A stretch of 64,000 bases of DNA from positions 295,515-359,514 of the forward strand of contig JBMNHZ010000009.1 in the NCBI GenBank assembly GCA_050950645.1. The letters are read 5' to 3'. Below are positions 47,004 through 53,057 of the stretch, piece after piece. Each line of letters starts with the position of its first letter. Within the stretch, counting starts at the first letter, position 1. The position numbers and the translations under genes were made by a program. The notes under the pieces were generated by a model. That model worked only from the letters and a program-made list of their open reading frames with translations, did not search any database and was not told where the DNA came from. This DNA is from Lutisporaceae bacterium. GTDB taxonomy: Bacteria; Bacillota; Clostridia; Lutisporales; Lutisporaceae.

Positions 47004-47951
47004 TTGAAATTGCATAGATTTTGTAAGAAGCTGAACTCCAGAGGTTCGATAACAGTTGAGGCTTGTGTTGTATTTCCCATTTTTATAAGCGTATTTTTTC
47101 TGCTGCTTTTTCTTATCAAGTTTACATGCACAGGTATGGCGCTTGATTATGCTGTAAATGAAGCAGCCAAGGAAATAGCTGCAGCAGCATATCCCATATC
47201 CTTTGTAAATGAACTGGAGGATGAAAAGCTGCAGGAGTATGGGAATACAAAAATACCTACACTGGAGGAAGAGCTGGAAAAGCTTGTTAGCGGAATAGCA
47301 GGAACCAGTTTCGATAATATTCTGGGCGTCATTATATCGGAGAACCTTAAAGAGACGGATTTTACTGATGCAGTACAGGATGTATTAAAGGACTACAGCA
47401 GAGGAATTATCGGAAATATTGTTGATGTGATGGCCCCTGCATATTGGGATATGAAATCCGCCGTCAAGTATTCCGCTGCCGAAGCGATTATTAAGAAACA
47501 CCTGGAAAGCCCGCTGATCAATCGAGAAAATATAAAGCTGCAGCTTGTTGAATTTCCCCAGGGCAGAGAAGAATACAGCGTAAGGTCATCAAGTGCGATA
47601 TATGGTAAGCTGGGACTGATTCCGGAAAAGGATTTCAGCAGAGACGACATTGTGCTGCAGCTAAGTTACGATTATAAGGTGAATCTTCCATTCCTGGGGC
47701 CTCTTAATATACGAATGATTCATACCGCTGTGGAAAGGGCATGGATCAACGGAAGCTTCGGGATACTGACAGCTGACGACGAAGGCTTTAATTTGGAATC
47801 GGAAGGCAGAATTGTATATATCACAAGGACGGGTATCCGCTATCATGAAGAGGACTGCAGGTACCTCAGGAAAAGTAAAATCCCGATTATAATTGAAGAG
47901 GCTGAAGGGTCAGGCTATACTCCATGCAAGGTTTGCAAACCGCTGGGCTAG
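47004..47951 (+). CDS. TadE-like pseudopilin with a C-terminal His/Cys zinc-ribbon-like motif
   Basis: N-terminus NSRG|SITVEACVVFPIFISVFFLLLFLI. C-terminus IVYITRTGIRYHEEDCRYL...GYTPCKVCKP. The start is TTG 47004 or TTG 47010. Confidence 0.6.
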   Translation: MKLHRFCKKLNSRGSITVEACVVFPIFISVFFLLLFLIKFTCTGMALDYAVNEAAKEIAAAAYPISFVNELEDEKLQEYGNTKIPTLEEELEKLVSGIAGTSFDNILGVIISENLKETDFTDAVQDVLKDYSRGIIGNIVDVMAPAYWDMKSAVKYSAAEAIIKKHLESPLINRENIKLQLVEFPQGREEYSVRSSSAIYGKLGLIPEKDFSRDDIVLQLSYDYKVNLPFLGPLNIRMIHTAVERAWINGSFGILTADDEGFNLESEGRIVYITRTGIRYHEEDCRYLRKSKIPIIIEEAEGSGYTPCKVCKPLG

Positions 47952-47980
47952 GCTGCAAAATTACTAACAGGGAGGATATT

Positions 47981-48433
47981 ATGAGGTATCATTTACTGAC
48001 AGATGATGCAAGATTTTTCCCATATATAACAGTTGTAGTATTGCTTGCTGCAGCTGCAATTATCGATATCAGGGAGAGAAGAATACCGGATAAGCTGGTG
48101 CTTGCAGGTACTGCCGGAGGATTGGCCTTTGTTTTGATTAACCCACAAATAGATTTGCTTAACAGCCTTATGGGCGGTGTAACAGCGGGGTTGGTGCTGC
48201 TTCTTGTTTATTACATTACAAAGGGTGGCATCGGACTTGGAGACGTAAAGCTTTTTGGCTGCTCAGGAATTTATCTGGGTTTCGAAAACACTGTCTCCGC
48301 AATGTTGATTTCTGCAGTTCTAGCTGGATTATTCAGTCTGGCACTTATATGTATAAACCGTAACAACAAGAAACGTGAAATACCTTATGCACCCTTTATA
48401 TTGGCAGGTGTACTTACGGTTATAATATTCTAA
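47981..48433 (+). CDS. Prepilin peptidase, A24 family, copy 2
   Basis: Asp motifs IDIRERRIPD and GIGLGDVKLF. ATG 47981 follows gggagga; the track ORF starts upstream at 47924 and overlaps the previous gene. Confidence 0.75.
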   Translation: MRYHLLTDDARFFPYITVVVLLAAAAIIDIRERRIPDKLVLAGTAGGLAFVLINPQIDLLNSLMGGVTAGLVLLLVYYITKGGIGLGDVKLFGCSGIYLGFENTVSAMLISAVLAGLFSLALICINRNNKKREIPYAPFILAGVLTVIIF

Positions 48434-48457
48434 TTAGTATGCAGTGGAGGGGTCATT

Positions 48458-49795
48458 GTGGAAAATATAGGATTAGATTTTGAATACGGTTATGATAATG
48501 ATGCAGCCGGTAGTTGTCTGGTTCTTAAGATTAATAATGATACAAAGCTGCTGAATCATCAGGTAGAGATTTTATGTCAGAATCCCAATTCTTCTTTTGT
48601 TCCATTTCATATAAAGCGAGAAAATGAAAATGTTTTTATCTGTTATAATATAACCTCCAAAATATCATTATCTCAGTATATTGAAAGAAAAAGCCTAAAG
48701 AAGAAGGAGCTTCTGGATTTGCTCAGGAACATTGTAAAAAATCTGATGCTTCATGGCAATTACTTATTGGATCTTTCAGGCTTCATCATCCATTCGGATT
48801 TTATATTTGTTAACCCTGCGACAGCGGAAGTTTCGCTTTTATATGTACCTGTTCCCTGCAGCAGGAATTCAAAGGAGATATTAAGATCCTTTTTTAAAGA
48901 TATTGTGGTTAATTCATCCAGTAACGATGACGATGCAAGGGATAATTACCTGCAAAGGATATTGAATTATTTAAAATCGGATACGTTCAGCCTCATTGAA
49001 TTTAACAGATTGATTGTAGATTTGAGAAACAGTGGAGAATTATGCGAATATGAAAAGAGGACAGCTGATAGAGAAGCAGCCGCTGAAATGGATACCCCCT
49101 GCGGCAAGAGTCTTGAGGAAAGGGCTTATGCAGAGGTTGGAAAGAGCAAGAGTATCAGAAGCATAATTTTACTGCAGCCATTCTTTTTAATAGCTGTAGT
49201 TATTGCGTACTTATTAATGGCAGTGAGAGGAACGGGGGATATTATATCTATTTCGGCAGTGGTGCTTATTGCAGCCGCATTGGATATCCTTGCAATTAAA
49301 AAGATAATGGATTGGGAATGGAAGAGGGTACCGGTAGAAGATACTCATCTTACAGCACAAGATAAAGCAAAGGGCGGCACGGGCTGCAGGGACAAAAGTA
49401 TCAGAAGCAGGTATAAACAGGTGATTTCATTACCCGATGTAGTGAAAGCCAATGATACAATTTTAATCTCCGAAGTTCCGAAGGATTGCAATCCATATCT
49501 GGAGAGCATAGGGTCCAATAGAGTTGAAAGAATAGTAATTAATAAGAATAAATTTTTAATAGGCAGATTGGGCAGTATGGTCGACCATATTATTCAGGGA
49601 AATACAATAGGAAAGCTTCATGCAGAAATTAAAGTAAATGAAGGGCTTTTTTACATAAAGGACCTTAACTCGAAAAACGGAACTTATGTGAACGGCGTAA
49701 GAATTTCCGGCAATAATGAATGTGAAATAAAGGAAAATGATATAATAAGGTTTTCAAACTATGAATATGTTTTCAGAAATCAGAGAGCTGAATAA
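48458..49795 (+). CDS. Membrane protein with an uncharacterised N-terminal domain, two TM helices and a C-terminal FHA domain
   Basis: 445 aa. TM pair IILLQPFFLIAVVIAYLLMAV / ISISAVVLIAAALDILAI. C-terminal FHA pattern FLIGR...HAEI...YIKDLNSKNGTYVNG..I.....I..NDIIRF. GTG start 5 nt after tggagggg. Confidence 0.75.
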   Translation: MENIGLDFEYGYDNDAAGSCLVLKINNDTKLLNHQVEILCQNPNSSFVPFHIKRENENVFICYNITSKISLSQYIERKSLKKKELLDLLRNIVKNLMLHGNYLLDLSGFIIHSDFIFVNPATAEVSLLYVPVPCSRNSKEILRSFFKDIVVNSSSNDDDARDNYLQRILNYLKSDTFSLIEFNRLIVDLRNSGELCEYEKRTADREAAAEMDTPCGKSLEERAYAEVGKSKSIRSIILLQPFFLIAVVIAYLLMAVRGTGDIISISAVVLIAAALDILAIKKIMDWEWKRVPVEDTHLTAQDKAKGGTGCRDKSIRSRYKQVISLPDVVKANDTILISEVPKDCNPYLESIGSNRVERIVINKNKFLIGRLGSMVDHIIQGNTIGKLHAEIKVNEGLFYIKDLNSKNGTYVNGVRISGNNECEIKENDIIRFSNYEYVFRNQRAE

Positions 49796-49823
49796 GAATT
49801 AAACATGATAGGGGGTGCCCCTG

Positions 49824-50039
49824 ATGAAGCTTCATTTTATATACATATTTATTGGAATTTCAACTCTTACTCTAAACCTTATACTTACTCTCCATATAAT
49901 CAGGAAACATAAAAATGAGGGCTGCCAAAGGAATTGGGATTATGAACAAGTGATAACCTTCAGGCTGTCCGGAAAAGAAAGCATTGAGGGTATTACTACC
50001 GCAGCAGCGGCCTGTGATGATACGGTGCCTCTGGAATAA
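49824..50039 (+). CDS. Small hypothetical membrane protein
   Basis: One hydrophobic helix (LHFIYIFIGISTLTLNLILTL). Weak evidence; accepted only because it sits between two co-directional genes. Confidence 0.3.
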   Translation: MKLHFIYIFIGISTLTLNLILTLHIIRKHKNEGCQRNWDYEQVITFRLSGKESIEGITTAAAACDDTVPLE

Positions 50040-50065
50040 TAATGCCGTGCAGTGGAGGGTGAAGA

Positions 50066-50959
50066 ATGCAAATCGGGAGTATATTAAACGAAAAGTATCG
50101 GATTGACAAATTTTTAGGCAAAGGTGGGACAGCTTCTGTTTATTTATGTACCAATATTGAAATTGGAAACAGGTGGGCTTTGAAGCATATTCCGCCGGAC
50201 AAAACAAATGAAATAGCAATGTCGGAGATTGAAATACTTAAGAGACTGTACCATCCCAGCCTGCCAAGGATTGTTGATGTATTCCGCAATAAACAGGGTA
50301 TTTATATTGTCGAAAGCAATATAGAGGGTATCCCCATGGACAGGATGCTGAAAAAGCATGGCAGCTTTGGACTTGAGAAAGTCACAGACTGGTTTATGGA
50401 GCTTTGTGATATATTGAAATACCTGCACAGCGTCAAGCCAAGGCCTATTATATATAGGGATATGAAGCCGTCAAATATAATACTTACACAGGGCGGCAGA
50501 CTGGTACTGGTTGATTTCGGGGTATCCCAGGAGTACTTTGAGTATGAATTAAGGGACAGTGTTCTTGCGGGTACGAGTGCGTATGCAGCACCGGAGCAGC
50601 TGATAAAAGGGGGAAAGACAGATCAGAGGACAGATATTTACAACCTGGGTGCAACAGTGTATCAAATGCTGTATGGCAGGCTGGCAGGCGGCACAAATGA
50701 CAAAGCTGGTTCTATCAAAGGCAAGGCAGCAGCGAAGATGGGCAGTATAATTTCCAAGTGTATGGAGAACAGGCCGGAGGACAGATACCAGAGGGTAGAA
50801 GATATACAGAAAGAGCTGGAGGCTGTAAAGAGTATGCTGGCAGCGGGCAAGGTAAGGCAGGGAATTGTTTTTAAGCTTGAGATGGCTTCAATAGCAGCAT
50901 TGTCGGCAGTCTCATATGCTGCTGCGGTACTGGGCGCATTGTATTCGACGTCGAAATAA
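50066..50959 (+). CDS. Hanks-type Ser/Thr protein kinase with a C-terminal membrane anchor
   Basis: GKGGTASVY...WALKHI (ATP-binding Lys), catalytic loop YRDMKPSNIIL, DFGVS, APE. The C-terminal hydrophobic tail is MASIAALSAVSYAAAVLGALY. No PASTA repeats. Confidence 0.85.
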   Translation: MQIGSILNEKYRIDKFLGKGGTASVYLCTNIEIGNRWALKHIPPDKTNEIAMSEIEILKRLYHPSLPRIVDVFRNKQGIYIVESNIEGIPMDRMLKKHGSFGLEKVTDWFMELCDILKYLHSVKPRPIIYRDMKPSNIILTQGGRLVLVDFGVSQEYFEYELRDSVLAGTSAYAAPEQLIKGGKTDQRTDIYNLGATVYQMLYGRLAGGTNDKAGSIKGKAAAKMGSIISKCMENRPEDRYQRVEDIQKELEAVKSMLAAGKVRQGIVFKLEMASIAALSAVSYAAAVLGALYSTSK

Positions 50960-51113
50960 TAATATGGTATGTGCTAAATTTACCTCCTCGTACCCCGGAA
51001 CCCCTTAGCTTCGCAGCCCCGCCCTAACTCTCGTGTCTCGTGTCTAAAATACCTATTGACAAATCACAAAATTAGAAAATTAGCAAAATGCATATCAATT
51101 TATGGGCATACCA

Positions 51114-52305
51114 ATTTTAGGTAAATTGTAAAATGAAGTGTCGCGATAGATAACAAAAGTGTCCCATAGGGACCAACTCAGCTATAATGTTAAGTGACCA
51201 AACCCAACAAAAAGGAGAGAGGTATATGGGACACTTACATTGTAGCAAGATTGAGCATAAAAATAAACACTTAAATTACAGGGAACGGCTGAGAATAGAA
51301 ATAATGCTTAAGGAAGGTGCCGGCACAAAGGAAATTAGTGAAATAATTGGTTGCAGCCAGAGGACTATACAAAGAGAGCGAAAACGCGGTTTAATAAAAC
51401 AAATTAATTCGAACTTGGAATATTACCAGGTATATGACGCAGATTATGCCCAGAACGACTATATAGCAAAACATGAATGTAAGGGGCCAGGACTAAAAAT
51501 AGGGCACGATCATAAATTGTGCGAGTATATAGAAGAAAAAATCAAAGCAGGCTGGTCGCCGGACATAATTGCAAAAGAGATTAGAAAAAAGGCAGAATTC
51601 AAAGATACAAGAATATGCACAAAGACAATATACAACTATATAGATAAGAATGTTTTTCTAAATATCAGTTATAAGGATTTAATATATGGCAGGTATCGAA
51701 AGAGAACAGGTACAGGAGTAAACAGGCCATCTTACAAGAATATAAAAGGTCGTAGCATAGATGAAAGGCCATCTAGTGTTGATGAACGACAAGAAGTGGG
51801 ACATTGGGAAATGGATTTAGTGTTAGGCAAGAAAGGAGGAAGCAAAAGCGTCTTACTTACAATGACAGAACGAGTAAGCAGACGTGAAATCATTCGAAAA
51901 CTGCCTGATAAAAGCCAAGAAAGTGTAATAAAGGCGCTGGATGTAATGGAACGGCAAATGGGGCGAATTAAGTTCAAGGATACATTTAAAAGCATAACAG
52001 TTGATAATGGTTCAGAGTTTTTAAACAGTTCGGAAATGGAGAGGTCTTGCCTTGGTAAGAAAAGAACAAGAACGATGGTATTTTACGCACACCCATATAG
52101 TGCATATGAACGAGGGAGCAATGAGAATATGAACCGGATGATACGCCGCTTTATACCCAAAGGAGCAGATATTGGTAAATATAGTAAACAGGAAATAAAG
52201 CGCATCGAAAATTGGTTAAACAATTATCCAAGGAAGATCCTGGATTACTATACTCCACTTGAAGCCTATAATCAGGTTGCTTAACAGAGGCGACATTTAA
52301 TGTTG
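51114..52305 (+). mobile_element. IS30-family insertion sequence (ends uncertain by about 10 bp)
   Basis: One IS30-type transposase ORF. A 19-bp direct repeat caatttatgggcataccaa lies at 51095-51113 and 52306-52324. Inverted repeats gtaaattgtaaaatgaagtgtcgc (51121-51144) versus gcgacatttaatgttgcaatttat (52290-52313); the right one overlaps the repeat. Confidence 0.65.
51226..52284 (+). CDS. IS30-family transposase
   Basis: N-terminal HTH (ISEIIGCSQRTIQRERKRG) and a DDE core (HWEMDLV ... TVDNGSEF ... HPYSAYERGSNEN). ATG 51226 follows aaaggagaga. Confidence 0.85.
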   Translation: MGHLHCSKIEHKNKHLNYRERLRIEIMLKEGAGTKEISEIIGCSQRTIQRERKRGLIKQINSNLEYYQVYDADYAQNDYIAKHECKGPGLKIGHDHKLCEYIEEKIKAGWSPDIIAKEIRKKAEFKDTRICTKTIYNYIDKNVFLNISYKDLIYGRYRKRTGTGVNRPSYKNIKGRSIDERPSSVDERQEVGHWEMDLVLGKKGGSKSVLLTMTERVSRREIIRKLPDKSQESVIKALDVMERQMGRIKFKDTFKSITVDNGSEFLNSSEMERSCLGKKRTRTMVFYAHPYSAYERGSNENMNRMIRRFIPKGADIGKYSKQEIKRIENWLNNYPRKILDYYTPLEAYNQVA

Positions 52306-52334
52306 CAATTTATGGGCATACCAAATGGGAAGCA

Positions 52335-52808
52335 TTGAACTTAAGTGACCTTAAAGCATTAAAGAAAGTAATGAAAGAGCTTTATGATGAAACAGAGAGC
52401 GAAAGAAAACGTAAAGAGATCCGGGAGAGTTTTCTTTACTTTAAGAACAATTGGGATGGAATAGAAATCTATGAAAAAGAAAGGGAAAGTATAGTAGGAT
52501 GCAGTGCGGAAGGACATAACAGCCATATACTTGCTGATCGCATGAGCAGCAGGCCAAAGGGCTGGAGTATGGAAGGTGCAGAGAAAATGGCAAGGTTAAG
52601 GGCATTTAAAGCAAACGGCGGCAATGTATATGATTTTATGAAGGAACAGAAGAAAGAAAAGAAACTCTATGATATTACTACAAAGCTCTTAAAAGAGACA
52701 AAAAAGAAGCTCAAACAGAAAAAGACAGCCGAGATAATTGGAAACATTGAAGTCTTCAAAATAGGAAGGATAACGGGACTTTATAAGGCATTGAAAGAGC
52801 TCTGCTGA
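52335..52808 (+). pseudogene. C-terminal remnant of an ISLre2-family transposase
   Basis: The remnant stretch FLYFKNNWDGIEIYEKERESIVGCSAEGHNSHILADRMSSRPKGWSMEGAEKMARL is collinear with YSYFKENRDGLIPYQERG...GTMEHHICDIISQRMKHRKASWSIEGANNLGKL in the intact transposase at 684-2147. The roughly 300 N-terminal residues are missing. Confidence 0.6.
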
Positions 52809-52842
52809 GATATGTTGTTGATATATTTTTTATAAGTTTATG

Positions 52843-52871
52843 CTTGACAGTCATTTATTGGTATGTTAACA
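52843..52871 (+). promoter_or_regulatory. Putative rpoB promoter (-35 inside the IS remnant end)
   Basis: TTGACA (52843-48), a 17-nt spacer ending in TGt, TAACAT (52866-71), about 185 nt upstream of rpoB. Confidence 0.4.
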
Positions 52872-53057
52872 TTATATATTGCATTGTAGTAAGTATTTTT
52901 GCTTAATACTGCTGCATTTGAATAAGGATAGCTAAAAGAGGCAATATTAAAATAGGTGTGCTTTAATTGTGCGGACAAACCAAAAGCGTTACTATTTAGG
53001 GGGATTTTTTGCTTTTGGCTATTTTAATTTATTTAAATTTAAGGGGTGAAAGACTTT

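Noticed and set aside
50960-51094. Attempt to read the missing N-terminal part of the ISLre2 remnant to the left of the IS30 element
   Set aside because: All three forward frames contain stops, and the translated fragments show no resemblance to the intact transposase at 684-2147. The region is treated as noncoding. It contains a tcgtgtc tandem and C-rich runs of unknown meaning.
51190-52351. Shared 10-mers: ttaagtgacc (IS30 5' region at 51190-51199 and ISLre2 remnant at 52342-52351) and cctattgaca (531-540 and 51052-51061)
   Set aside because: The matches are short, isolated and in non-homologous positions or orientations relative to the elements. They are most likely chance in AT-rich DNA.
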